Shown piece by piece: positions 45,641 through 55,084 of a stretch of DNA of 64,000 bases. Positions within the stretch are counted from its first letter, which is position 1. Each line of letters opens with the position of its first letter. The notes under the pieces were generated by a model. It was not told where the DNA came from and ran no database searches. It was given only the letters and a program-made list of their open reading frames with translations. Source of the stretch: Alphaproteobacteria bacterium (lineage in GTDB: Bacteria; Pseudomonadota; Alphaproteobacteria; UBA828); the NCBI GenBank assembly GCA_965237415.1, contig CBDEFM010000002.1, positions 1,184,001 through 1,248,000 on the forward strand. The letters run 5' to 3'. Made by a program: the position numbers and the translations under genes.

Positions 45641-46969
45641 ATGGCGGCGACCGGTCTGGCCGGGCGGCTCCGTCGGCTGCTCCCGCCCTCCCGCGCGCGC
45701 GTGCCGGCGGGGCCGCCCTTGGGCGAGGTCGCCGCTGCCAGCATCGCGGGGCGCCTCCAGCCCTATATCGGCGAGCTTCCGCTCAACCCGCGCCAGCCTT
45801 CGCGTTACGCCGATCGCTACCGCGACGAGGGCCACGCGCTCCAAATCTATCGCGACATCCTGCGGGACGAGCGCTGCCAGGCGGCCCTTGACCAGCGCCT
45901 CGACGCCGCCATAGCGCGGCCCTGGACGGTCGAGCCCGGCGGAGATACGCCGGAAGACCGCGCCGCGGCGGACGATCTCGCCCGCCAGCTCGCAGGCGTG
46001 GGCTTCGACGCCGTCAGCCGCCAGCTCCTGCACGGGGTCTGGTACGGCTACGCCATCGCCGAGGCGCTCTGGGCCCGCGAGGCAGACCGTGTCGTGCTCG
46101 ACCGCCTCGTGGTGCGCGCGCCGGACCGCTTCCGCTGGTCGGCGGAGGGCGCGCCGCTGCTCCGCACCGAGACCCAGCCCCTCGGCGCGCCGCTGCCAGG
46201 CGGAAAATTCGTCGTCCTCCGCCGCCCCGGCGAGCACGGCGACCTGCCGCACGGGCCGGGCCTCGCGCGCTGGTGCTTCTGGCCGGTCTGGCTCAAGCGC
46301 CACGGGCTCAAGTTCTGGTCAGTCGCGCTCGAAAAGTTCGGCGCCCCCGGCGTCAAAGGCACGTATCCGAGGAACGCGAGCGCCGAGCAGAAGGCCGACC
46401 TGCTGGATCTGGTCCAGTCCTTCGCCACAAACCTCGGCGTCATCCTGCCCGAGGGGCAGGAGATCGAGATCGTCGAGAGTGCGCGCCGCGCCGGCGGGGA
46501 TTTTCTGGCCTTCGTCGCCTATCTCGACCGCGCCATATCGACGACGATCCTCGGGCAGTCCGCCACCACCGACATGGGGCCCTGGCGCGGCACCGCCGAG
46601 GTGCAGCGCGACGTGCGCGACGAGACCGTCGCCGCCGACTGCCGCCTGCTCGATAACGCGCTGAACGGCACAATCGCCCGTTGGCTTACCCAGTGGAATT
46701 TCCCGAGCGCGGCGACGCCCCGCATCCGCCGCGACGCATCGCCGCCCGAGGACCTCGACGCCCGCGCCCGCCGCGAGGCCGTCATCGCCAGCACCAGCGG
46801 CCTGCGCCCGACCCGCGCTGGCGGATGGTATGCACATCGAGCGCACCTACGGCGGGGATTGCCCCGTACCTTGGGAGGAAGCGGCGGGAGGGCCTGCACC
46901 GGTATAGAGCTGCTGGCGGATGGTATGCTTAAAGGGTCGTGGGACTCGGCTGGCCTAGTCTGGGCTTGA
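45641..46969 (+). CDS. Mu gp29-like portal protein (DUF935); extreme C-terminus frameshifted
   Basis: Y.DILRD, R..A..A.PW.VEPGG, GYAIAE..W, GL...CFWPV.LKR.G.KFW...LEKFG.P, ILGQ..TT, VQ.DVR. Confidence 0.88.
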   Translation: MAATGLAGRLRRLLPPSRARVPAGPPLGEVAAASIAGRLQPYIGELPLNPRQPSRYADRYRDEGHALQIYRDILRDERCQAALDQRLDAAIARPWTVEPGGDTPEDRAAADDLARQLAGVGFDAVSRQLLHGVWYGYAIAEALWAREADRVVLDRLVVRAPDRFRWSAEGAPLLRTETQPLGAPLPGGKFVVLRRPGEHGDLPHGPGLARWCFWPVWLKRHGLKFWSVALEKFGAPGVKGTYPRNASAEQKADLLDLVQSFATNLGVILPEGQEIEIVESARRAGGDFLAFVAYLDRAISTTILGQSATTDMGPWRGTAEVQRDVRDETVAADCRLLDNALNGTIARWLTQWNFPSAATPRIRRDASPPEDLDARARREAVIASTSGLRPTRAGGWYAHRAHLRRGLPRTLGGSGGRACTGIELLADGMLKGSWDSAGLVWA

Positions 46970-47100
46970 CATGAGTGGGTAGGCGTAAACACTTGACTTC
47001 TGACGGCACCGGCAGTGACCGGCTGGGCGCCACTAAGACACAGCGAGGGAGTAGGCCCAATGACCGGCCGAAGGCTGATCAAGCCCGCGCGGCGTTGGCC

Positions 47101-47328
47101 GTGCCCAAAGGCCTTAGAAGAGAGCGCCGCCCGGCCGATGGAGTCGGGTGCGCCGCATACGTTGCCAGAATAGCTTTTGGCGAAATTGAGAACACCACCT
47201 ACGAGCAGCCACACAAGGTGCGAGCCGGCCAAGCTGGTGGTCGCGCGCAAGCGGCGTCCATGACTCCGAGTGAGCGCAGCGCGATTGCACGCGAGGCCGC
47301 CGCCGCGAGGTGGGAGAACCGGCAATGA
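47101..47328 (+). CDS. Small basic protein (PKG...RPAD...ARIA.GEIE...GG.A.A..MTP.ERS.IAR.AA.ARW family)
   Basis: Recognisable small-protein pattern often seen in mobile-element neighbourhoods (recalled, not searched); GTG start inferred. Confidence 0.6.
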   Translation: MPKGLRRERRPADGVGCAAYVARIAFGEIENTTYEQPHKVRAGQAGGRAQAASMTPSERSAIAREAAAARWENRQ

Positions 47329-47657
47329 CTGAGATCGTGATCGAAGTGAAGTCGACACTCGAATGGACCGCCACGCAGACCGAATCCAGCCACAAATGGA
47401 TTGCTGAGTGCGAGGCTCTCGGCTTGTCCATGGAGGGGGATTCATTGGACGAACTTCACAGTTTGATCCCCGAGGCGTGCTTTGCCTTGTTCGTCGATCT
47501 GTTGGAAGACAATGAGCTGGACCAATTCTTGATGGAGCGGGGATGGCACGCCATGAACATGCCGGCTGGTCCAGTCAACGACGATATCGAGTTTTTCATC
47601 CCCTGGAATCTCGTTGCACAGGGGACAGCTTGTGGTTCCGAACGACGCCCTCATTAG
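47325..47657 (+). CDS. HicB/DUF1902-like antitoxin-like protein
   Basis: WIAEC..LGL..EGDSLDEL...I.EA motif typical of HicB N-terminal domains; GGGAG RBS. Confidence 0.6.
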   Translation: MTEIVIEVKSTLEWTATQTESSHKWIAECEALGLSMEGDSLDELHSLIPEACFALFVDLLEDNELDQFLMERGWHAMNMPAGPVNDDIEFFIPWNLVAQGTACGSERRPH

Positions 47658-47856
47658 TGTTCTGCGTCGCAAGCTGAACTACAAGTTCAAGAGGCAAACC
47701 GAACGAGTCAACGTTTACAAGGAGCGCGGCAGCACACGCCGCGCTCTGATTAAGAAGAGTGCGTGGCATACGCCAGAATATGCGCGCTCGATCCTCCGTT
47801 CGGCCGGAATGGACGAAGAAGACATCGAGCAATTCCTGGCCCAGGTCAACAACTGA
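47632..47856 (+). CDS. HicA-like small basic protein (candidate toxin)
   Basis: 74 aa basic protein; L..L...Y.F.RQ, RSILR.AGM..E.I..FL pattern; overlaps the HicB-like gene; canonical GSH His absent. Confidence 0.5.
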   Translation: MVPNDALISVLRRKLNYKFKRQTERVNVYKERGSTRRALIKKSAWHTPEYARSILRSAGMDEEDIEQFLAQVNN

Positions 47857-47904
47857 AACAAGACTGAGGAGTGAGGCCCGGACCGATAATCTGCCGGGTC
47901 CCGC

Positions 47905-47928
47905 CACCAGCGCCTTTAGGCGGTGGTG
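47905..47928. other. Hairpin (terminator or IS200/IS605-like end)
   Basis: CACCA-G-CGCCT-TT-AGGCG-G-TGGTG. Confidence 0.35.
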
Positions 47929-48026
47929 AAATACCTGCTCTCGAACGGGAACATCTCGTCCGACACCCAGTCCGGACGGACGGTTGACGCAGCCTGATTC
48001 ATACGGGGTTCTTCACGTCTGGGCGC

Positions 48027-51000
48027 TCAAGCCGCGGCGTATTCGAGCAGGAGGTCCTTGGCCTCGACGGACTGACCCGCCGCCACATGCAGCGCCGCGA
48101 CGGTGCCGTCGCGCTCGGCGTGGAGCGCGGTTTCCATCTTCATCGCCTCGATGGTCATCAGCAGATCGCCGGCAACCACCGAACGCCCGCTCGCGACCGC
48201 CACCGAGGCGACGACGCCCGGCATCGGGGCCGGGACGTGGCACGGGTTGGCCGGATCGGCCTTCGGGCGGCGGACGACGCTCGCCGATGCCTCTCTGTTC
48301 TCGACCTTGACGGTGCGTGGCTGGCCGTTCAGCTCGAAGAAGACCCGCACCGCGCCCTCCTCGTCGGTCTCTCCCACGGCCAGGCAGCGGATGACCAGCG
48401 TGTGCCCCCGCTCGATCTCGACCGAGATGTCGCGCCTGGGCGGTAGCCCGTAGAAGAACACGTCGGTCGGCAAGGCGGAGACCGGGCCGTACAGATCGTG
48501 CCGCGCCGCGTAGTCCGCGAACACCTTGGGATAGAAGAGCCAGGAATAGACGTCCTCATCCGAGAGCGACCAGCCGGTCTCCTCCTCCGCCCGCGCACGC
48601 TCGGCCGCGAGGTCTGCGGGCGGAAGGATGGCGCCAGGACGCCCCTCGATCGGCTTCTCGCCTTTCAGGATTTTGCTGGCGAGCGGTTCGGGGAACCCGC
48701 CCGGCATGCGGCCGAGCTCGCCGCGAAAGAGGCCCACCACAGAGTCCGGAAATGCGATCTCGCGGTCGGGGTCCTCGACGTCGGCCCGCGTGAGGCCGCC
48801 GGAGACCATCACCAGCGCCATGTCGCCGACCACTTTGGAGGTGGGCGTCACCTTCACGATGTCGCCGAACATGCGGTTGATCTCGGCGTAGGCCTCGGCC
48901 ACCTCGTGCCAGCGTTCGGCGAGGCCCAGCGCGCGCGCCTGCTCGCGCAGGTTCGTGAACTGCCCGCCCGGCATCTCGTGCAGGTAGACCTCGGAGGCCG
49001 GCGCCCGCATGTCGGTCTCGAACGCGGCGTACTCCGCGCGTACCACCTCCCAGTAGTCGGAGATCTCCCGCACATGCGCGGGGTCGAGCCCGGTGTCGCG
49101 CGGCTGGCCACGAAGCGCCTCCACCATCGAGCCCAGGCAGGGCTGCGAAGTGAAGCCCGAGAGGCTGTCCATCGCGAGGTCCACCGCATCCACGCCCGCA
49201 TCCACCGCGGCGAGCACGCTGGCAGCGGCGATCCCGGAGGTGTCGTGGGTGTGGAAGTGCACCGGAAGCCCGGTCTCCTCCTTCAGCGCGTGGACCAGCT
49301 CGCGGGCGGCAGCGGGCTTGACCAGCCCCGCCATGTCCTTGATGCCGAGGATGTGGGTGCCCGCGTCGCGCAACTCGCGGGCCATGGCGAGGTAGTACGC
49401 GAGGTCGTAGCGGCTCCGGCGCGGGTCGTGCAGGTCGCCGGTGTAGCAGATCGCCGCCTCGCAGAGCCGGCCTGTCTCCAGCACCGCATCGACGGCGACG
49501 CGCATGTTTTCGACCGAGTTGAGCGGATCGAAGATGCGGAAGAGATCGATGCCCGAGGCCGCCGCGCGGGCCACGAAGCCCTCGACCACGTTGTCGGGGT
49601 AGTTGGTGTAGCCGACCCCGTTGGAGGCCCTGAGAAGCATCTGCAGCAGAATGTTGGGGACCCGCGACCGCAGGCGCTCCAGACGCTCCCACGGGCACTC
49701 GCCCAGGAAGCGGAGCGCCACGTCGAAGGTGGCGCCGCCCCAGCATTCGAGCGAGAAGAGCTGCGGCAGGTTGTGGGCGTAGGCGTCGGCGACCTGGCAG
49801 AGATCGTGGGTGCGCATCCGGGTCGCCAGCAGCGACTGGTGGGCGTCCCGCATGGTGGTGTCGGTGACGAGCACGGGCGTCTGCCCCAGCATCCATGCCG
49901 CGACCGCCTCCGGCCCCTCGGCGTCGAGCAGTGCCTTCGCGCCCGGCGCGGGCTTCTTCGCGTGGAGCGGCGGCGGATTGGGATTGCGGGCGTGGGCCGG
50001 CGGCGCGGGCCGGTCCTTCACCTCGGGGTGGCCGTTGACGGTGGTCTCGGCGATGTAGCGAAGCAGGCGGCTCGCCCGGTCGCGCGGGCGTGCGAAGGCG
50101 AGGAGCTCCGGGTTGTCGTCGATGAAGCGGGTCGTCACCTGCCCTTGCCGGAATGCCTCGTCGCTCACGAGGCGCTCGAGAAAATCGATGTTGGTCGCGA
50201 CCCCCCTGATCCGGAACTCCTGGAGCGCACGGCGCATGCGGTCGATCGCGCCCTCCCGCGACGACGCCCACGCCGTGACCTTCTCCAGCAGAGAATCGTA
50301 ATGGCGGGTGATGACCGCGCCCGTGTAGGCGGTGCCGCCATCCAAGCGAATGCCGAAGCCGGTGGCGGCCCGGTAGGCGGTGATCCGCCCGTAGTCGGGG
50401 ATGAAGCGGTCGAGCGGGTCCTCGGTCGTGATCCGGCACTGCACGGCGTGGCCCCGCAGCGCGATGTCGTCCTGCGGCGGGCAGGCATCCTCCGGCGCGT
50501 CCCCGATGGCCCCGCCTTCGGCAATCCGGATCTGGGCCCGCACCAGGTCGATGCCGGTCACCTGCTCGGTGACCGTGTGCTCCACCTGAATTCGCGGGTT
50601 CACCTCGATGAAATGAAAACTGCCGGTGTCAAGATCGTGCAGGAACTCGACCGTGCCCGCGTTGAGGTAGTCGGCTTCCTGCGCGATGGCCAGCGCGTAT
50701 CCGGTGAGCGCGTCGCGCTCCTCCGGGCGGAGGACGGGGGCGGGGGCGCATTCCACGATCTTCTGGTTGCGCCGCTGCACCGAGCAGTCGCGCTCGAAGA
50801 GGTGGACAATCCGGCCGTGGCCATCTGCCAGCACCTGGACCTCGAGATGACGCGCGCGGCGGATGAAACGCTCGAGGTAGATATCGTCCTTGCCGAAGGC
50901 GGCGTCCGCCTCGCGCCTTGCGGCAAGCAGGGCGGCCTCGAATTCATCCTCGGTCTCGACGATCCGCATGCCGCGCCCGCCGCCGCCCCAGCTCGCCTTG

Positions 51001-51479
51001 AGCATGCCGGGAAAGCCCACGGGGCGAACGAGGGCGAGCGCCTCGGCGGTATCCGCAGGCAGCGCATCCGTCGCCGGCACCGTCGGCACGCCGGCGCTGG
51101 CCGCGATGGCCCGCGCGGACACCTTGTCGCCGAGCAGGCGCAGCGTCTCCGGCCGCGGGCCGATGAAGGCGATCCCCGCTTCGGCGCAGGCCTCGGCGAA
51201 CTCGGGCGATTCGGAGAGGAAGCCGTAGCCCGGATGAATGGCGTCGCTCTCCGTCTCGACCGCGACCCGGATGATGTCGTCCACGGCCAGGTAGGCGGTG
51301 ACGGGGCCGCGCCCCTCGCCGATGCGATAGGACTCGTCCGCCTTGAAGCGATGGAGGGAGAGGTGATCCTCTTCGGCGAAGACCGCGACCGTGGCCTTGC
51401 CCATCTCGTAGGCGGCGCGCAGGACGCGAATGGCGATCTCGCCCCGGTTCGCCACCAGTATTCGTTCGAAGCCGCTCAT
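48027..51479 (-). CDS. pyc: Pyruvate carboxylase
   Basis: ANRGEIAIR, HPGYGFLSE, RDAHQSL, WGGATFD, HEMPGGQ, IVKVTPTSK, EAMKME biotin motif. Confidence 0.97.
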   Translation of the reverse strand: MSGFERILVANRGEIAIRVLRAAYEMGKATVAVFAEEDHLSLHRFKADESYRIGEGRGPVTAYLAVDDIIRVAVETESDAIHPGYGFLSESPEFAEACAEAGIAFIGPRPETLRLLGDKVSARAIAASAGVPTVPATDALPADTAEALALVRPVGFPGMLKASWGGGGRGMRIVETEDEFEAALLAARREADAAFGKDDIYLERFIRRARHLEVQVLADGHGRIVHLFERDCSVQRRNQKIVECAPAPVLRPEERDALTGYALAIAQEADYLNAGTVEFLHDLDTGSFHFIEVNPRIQVEHTVTEQVTGIDLVRAQIRIAEGGAIGDAPEDACPPQDDIALRGHAVQCRITTEDPLDRFIPDYGRITAYRAATGFGIRLDGGTAYTGAVITRHYDSLLEKVTAWASSREGAIDRMRRALQEFRIRGVATNIDFLERLVSDEAFRQGQVTTRFIDDNPELLAFARPRDRASRLLRYIAETTVNGHPEVKDRPAPPAHARNPNPPPLHAKKPAPGAKALLDAEGPEAVAAWMLGQTPVLVTDTTMRDAHQSLLATRMRTHDLCQVADAYAHNLPQLFSLECWGGATFDVALRFLGECPWERLERLRSRVPNILLQMLLRASNGVGYTNYPDNVVEGFVARAAASGIDLFRIFDPLNSVENMRVAVDAVLETGRLCEAAICYTGDLHDPRRSRYDLAYYLAMARELRDAGTHILGIKDMAGLVKPAAARELVHALKEETGLPVHFHTHDTSGIAAASVLAAVDAGVDAVDLAMDSLSGFTSQPCLGSMVEALRGQPRDTGLDPAHVREISDYWEVVRAEYAAFETDMRAPASEVYLHEMPGGQFTNLREQARALGLAERWHEVAEAYAEINRMFGDIVKVTPTSKVVGDMALVMVSGGLTRADVEDPDREIAFPDSVVGLFRGELGRMPGGFPEPLASKILKGEKPIEGRPGAILPPADLAAERARAEEETGWSLSDEDVYSWLFYPKVFADYAARHDLYGPVSALPTDVFFYGLPPRRDISVEIERGHTLVIRCLAVGETDEEGAVRVFFELNGQPRTVKVENREASASVVRRPKADPANPCHVPAPMPGVVASVAVASGRSVVAGDLLMTIEAMKMETALHAERDGTVAALHVAAGQSVEAKDLLLEYAAA

Positions 51480-51529
51480 CGATCCGCCCGTTCGCCCGAC
51501 CGCCGGGTGCGGGCCTTCTACACGGATGT

Positions 51530-52705
51530 CTATTCCTGTGGAAGCCGCTGGTGCGGCGCGCCGCTACCGACCCCCATCTCGCGCAGCACGTCCTCCGCCG
51601 CTTCGACGAAACGGGCCATGGTGTCGGCGCGGAAGGCGCCGATGCAGCCGACGCGGAAGCTCTCCTCCCGCGCGAGCTTGCCGGGATAGATCACGAAACC
51701 GCGTTCCGCGAGCAGGTCGTAAAACGTCTCGAAGTCCCAGGCGGGATCGGCCGGCGCGCGGAAGGTCACGATGATGGGCGCCTGCACGCCATCGGCCAGC
51801 AGCGTCTCGAAGCCGAGGCCGCGCATGCCGTCCACCAGGGTGCGGCAGTTCTCCCAGTAGCGGGCGAAGCGGCCGGCGACGCCGCCCTCGTCGTCGAGTG
51901 CATCGAGCGCCCGGTCGAGCGCGGCGAGGATGTGCGTGGGCGGCGTGAACCGCCATTGGCCGTTGGCTTCGAGGCCCGCCCACTGGGCGTGGAGATCGAG
52001 GCTCACGGCATGGGCGTTGTCGGCGCAGCCTGCGAGGTGGCCGGCGCGCACGATGACGAAGCCCACGCCGGGCGCCCCCTCCAGGCACTTGTTGGCGGAC
52101 GCCGCGAGGCTCGCGAGCGGCAGCCGCCCGAGATCGATCGGGATGCCGCCGAAGGAGCTCATGGCGTCCACGTGCAGGCGGCGGCCGGCCTCGCTCACGG
52201 CGGCGGCGAGATCGGCAAGCGGATTGAGGATGCCCGTCGTGGTCTCGCAGTGGACGAGCGCGACGTCGGTGATGTCGGGTTCCGCCGCGAGCCGCTCTGC
52301 GAGCGCAGACGCCGTCGGCGGTACGGTCTCGTCCGTCTCCATGACGCTGTGGGCGCGCGCCATGCGCCGGCAAATCTCGACCATGCGGCGGCCGTAGGCG
52401 CCACCGACCAGGATCAGCAGATGGCCGTCGCGCGGGACCAGCGTGCCGAGCTGGGCTTCCACCGCGAAGGTGCCGCTGCCCTGTATCGGCACGCAGGTGA
52501 ACGCCTCGCCGGCGGCGGCGAGCGCGAGCAGCCTGCGGCGCACGGCCGCGGTGAGCTCGATGAACGCCGCATCGCGCGAGCCCCAGTCGCGGTCCATCGC
52601 CGCACGGGTCTCGGGCCGGGTGGTGAGCGGGCCGGGCGTGAGCAGGACGGTGCCGGCGCCCCCGCCGCCTTCCCCGTCAGCGGGCGGCGGCGCGGCCGAG
52701 GGCAT
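51530..52705 (-). CDS. phnW: 2-aminoethylphosphonate--pyruvate transaminase
   Basis: LLTPGPLTT, DWGSRD, HCETTTGILNP, DAMSSFG, SANKCLEG.PG, QWRFTPPTH, IYPGKL. Confidence 0.93.
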   Translation of the reverse strand: MPSAAPPPADGEGGGGAGTVLLTPGPLTTRPETRAAMDRDWGSRDAAFIELTAAVRRRLLALAAAGEAFTCVPIQGSGTFAVEAQLGTLVPRDGHLLILVGGAYGRRMVEICRRMARAHSVMETDETVPPTASALAERLAAEPDITDVALVHCETTTGILNPLADLAAAVSEAGRRLHVDAMSSFGGIPIDLGRLPLASLAASANKCLEGAPGVGFVIVRAGHLAGCADNAHAVSLDLHAQWAGLEANGQWRFTPPTHILAALDRALDALDDEGGVAGRFARYWENCRTLVDGMRGLGFETLLADGVQAPIIVTFRAPADPAWDFETFYDLLAERGFVIYPGKLAREESFRVGCIGAFRADTMARFVEAAEDVLREMGVGSGAPHQRLPQE

Positions 52706-54344
52706 CGAGGGCTTCGGGCGTATCCACGTCGATGGTTACCGAGTGATCGGGGCTCTCGACCTCGTACACGGCATCCGCGTGGTCGCCGATCAGGTGGCGC
52801 GCGCCGACATCGCCCGAGAGGTTGCGCATCTCGCCGAAGAAGCGCGCCGCCCACAGCACGGGATTGCCGCGCTTGCCGCGGTAAGTGGGCACGCCGATGG
52901 CGTGGCCTTCGGGCGGGTTGAAGTCCGCGATCAGCCGGTCGATCAGCGCCGCCGAGGTGCGCGGCATGTCGCCGAGGCAGACCACGGCGCCGTCGATCCC
53001 AGGGGCTCGCTCGGAGTCGAGCGCTTCGACACCGCAATGGAGCGAGCTGCTCATGCCCTCGGCGAAGTCGGAGTTGTGGGCGAACGCCACATCCAGCCCG
53101 GCGAGCGCTGCCCGGACGCGTTCCGCCTCGTGGCCGGTCACGACGACCACCGGCGCGGCCTTGGACGCAAGCGCCGCGGCCGCCACGCGCCGCACCATCG
53201 GCACGCCGTCCACCTCGATCAAGAGCTTGTTGAGCGTGCCCATGCGCCGCGACTGCCCCGCCGCGAGCACGACGGCCGCGATACGGGGCGGCGACGCTGG
53301 GGGGACCGCCTCGTCCGTGCGCGCGGCGCTCCGGGGCGAGGCGCGGCCCCGGGGCAAGGGCCGGCTCGGAATCTCCATCAGGAGGCCGCCGGCCCCCATG
53401 CGCATGATGTCCGATGCCGTGACCTCGACGCCGGCGAAGATGCGCTGCAGCACCCAGTCGAAGCCGTTGAGCTTGAGCGAGCGGGCGCAGCCGGGGAGCC
53501 CGAGCACGTGCGACTCGCCGAGGCGCGCGAGGAGCAGCAGGTTGCCGGGGTCCACCGGCATGCCGAAGTGGTCGATGGCCCCGCCCGCCTCCACCACGGC
53601 GGCCGGCACCACATCCCGCCGGTCGACGATGGCCGATGCGCCGGCGATGAGGATGACGTCGCAGCCCCGCCCGTGAAGCTGGCCCACCGCGTCCGCCACC
53701 TCGGTGCGGCTGTGGGCGCAGCGGACCTCGGCGGCGAGCGAGCCGTCGAGCCGGGAAAGCCGTGTAGCGACGGCGCCCGTGGTCGAATCGAGCACGCTCT
53801 CGCGCATCCCCGGCAGCCGGGTCTGGATCAGGCCGACCGTGCGCGCCTTGAGCGTCGCGAGGCGCAGTATCGGCCCGCCCTCTTCCGCGATCTCGACGCA
53901 GTGCTCGACCACCCGCCGTGAGGCGGCGAAGGGGATCACTTTGATCGTCGCCACCATCTGGCCCGCCTCGACCAGGGCGTGGGGTGCGACGGTGCCGAGC
54001 GTCATGGCCTCGTCGAGAAGATTGAGCCGGTCCACCCGCGCATCGTCGATCGCAGCGAGGCCGTGCGCTTCGGCAAAGATGTTGCAGCGGCCGGTGAAGG
54101 CATCGCCGAGGGTGAGCCCCGGCCCGCAGACTGCGCGTGCGACGGTCTCGGCGGCCTCGTCCTCGCCCACGTCGTCGGGCTCCAGACGGGCGCCGGAAAC
54201 GGTCGCGATCTTCGCCTCCAGCAGCACGGCGATGTCCTCGGCCGAAAGCACGCGCCCCTTCTTGAAGGCGCGGCCGGGCAGGCGCACGCTGTGGGCGAGG
54301 ATCAGTCCTTGCGCCTCTGCGACCGGCACGTCGCCGAAGATCAT
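52677..54344 (-). CDS. Molybdopterin-binding domain / MocA-like nucleotidyltransferase fusion
   Basis: GMPVDPGNLL, GLPGCARS in the N-terminal part; LAAGQSRRMG..NKLL, LGDMP, GNPVLW, GDVGAR in the C-terminal part. Confidence 0.88.
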   Translation of the reverse strand: MIFGDVPVAEAQGLILAHSVRLPGRAFKKGRVLSAEDIAVLLEAKIATVSGARLEPDDVGEDEAAETVARAVCGPGLTLGDAFTGRCNIFAEAHGLAAIDDARVDRLNLLDEAMTLGTVAPHALVEAGQMVATIKVIPFAASRRVVEHCVEIAEEGGPILRLATLKARTVGLIQTRLPGMRESVLDSTTGAVATRLSRLDGSLAAEVRCAHSRTEVADAVGQLHGRGCDVILIAGASAIVDRRDVVPAAVVEAGGAIDHFGMPVDPGNLLLLARLGESHVLGLPGCARSLKLNGFDWVLQRIFAGVEVTASDIMRMGAGGLLMEIPSRPLPRGRASPRSAARTDEAVPPASPPRIAAVVLAAGQSRRMGTLNKLLIEVDGVPMVRRVAAAALASKAAPVVVVTGHEAERVRAALAGLDVAFAHNSDFAEGMSSSLHCGVEALDSERAPGIDGAVVCLGDMPRTSAALIDRLIADFNPPEGHAIGVPTYRGKRGNPVLWAARFFGEMRNLSGDVGARHLIGDHADAVYEVESPDHSVTIDVDTPEALDALGRAAAR

Positions 54345-54354
54345 GGGCCGCCAG

Positions 54355-55074
54355 TCACGATCCGGCGCCCCCGGCCGGCGCGGGCGGCTGGCGGCGCACC
54401 TGGGTCACCTCGGCCATGATCGAAACCGCGATCTCGGCGGGCGAGCGCGCGCCGATGGCGAGGCCGATGGGGGCGTGAATGCGGCCAAGCTCGTCCTCGG
54501 AAAAACCCTTCTCGCGCAGGCGCTCCAGCCGCTTGCCGTGGGTCCGCCTGCTGCCCAGCGAGCCGATATAGAAGACCGGCGCCCGCACTGCGACCTCCAG
54601 CGCCGGGTCGTCGATCTTGGGGTCGTGGGTGAGCGTCACCACCGCCGTGCGGTGGTCGGGCACGAGCCGGTTCAGCGCGTCGTCGGGCCACTCGGTCGAG
54701 ACCTCGATGGCGGGAAAGCGTGCGGCATCGGCGAAGGCACGGCGCGGATCGCAGACGATCACGGCGTAGCCCGCGGCCTCGGCCATCCGTGCCAGCGCCT
54801 GCGTGATGTGGACGGCGCCGACGATGACCATTCGCGCCGGCGGGTTATGGACGTGGACGAACCAGGTCTCGTCCCCGGCCTCCACCTGCCTGCTCTGGTC
54901 GGCGCGGAGCGCCTCTTGTGCCGCCGCCGCCACGGCCTCGGGCAGCGCATCGCCGGCGGTATCGCCATTCGGGTAGACGAGCGCCTGCCCGCCGCCGTCG
55001 AGCGCGGTGACGAGAGCGACCGCGCGGTCCGCGGCGCGGTCGCCGTTCAGCCGGTCGAGGATGGCGCGCTGCAT
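54355..55074 (-). CDS. XdhC/CoxF family protein (C-terminal part)
   Basis: IVGAVHI, THDPKIDD, YIGSLGSRRT, PIGL.IGA.SPAEIAVSIMAE. Confidence 0.9.
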   Translation of the reverse strand: MQRAILDRLNGDRAADRAVALVTALDGGGQALVYPNGDTAGDALPEAVAAAAQEALRADQSRQVEAGDETWFVHVHNPPARMVIVGAVHITQALARMAEAAGYAVIVCDPRRAFADAARFPAIEVSTEWPDDALNRLVPDHRTAVVTLTHDPKIDDPALEVAVRAPVFYIGSLGSRRTHGKRLERLREKGFSEDELGRIHAPIGLAIGARSPAEIAVSIMAEVTQVRRQPPAPAGGAGS

Positions 55075-55084
55075 CGCTGCCCGC

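Noticed and set aside
24141-47960. One intact 24-kb prophage
   Set aside because: No integrase or transposase, no capsid or tail genes, no recognisable att sites or Mu ends, and 13 kb of ordinary metabolic genes in the middle
48498-51689. 1063-aa plus-strand ORF and similar long antisense or alternative-frame ORFs across the window
   Set aside because: Shadow ORFs of real genes caused by high GC3; no recognisable motifs
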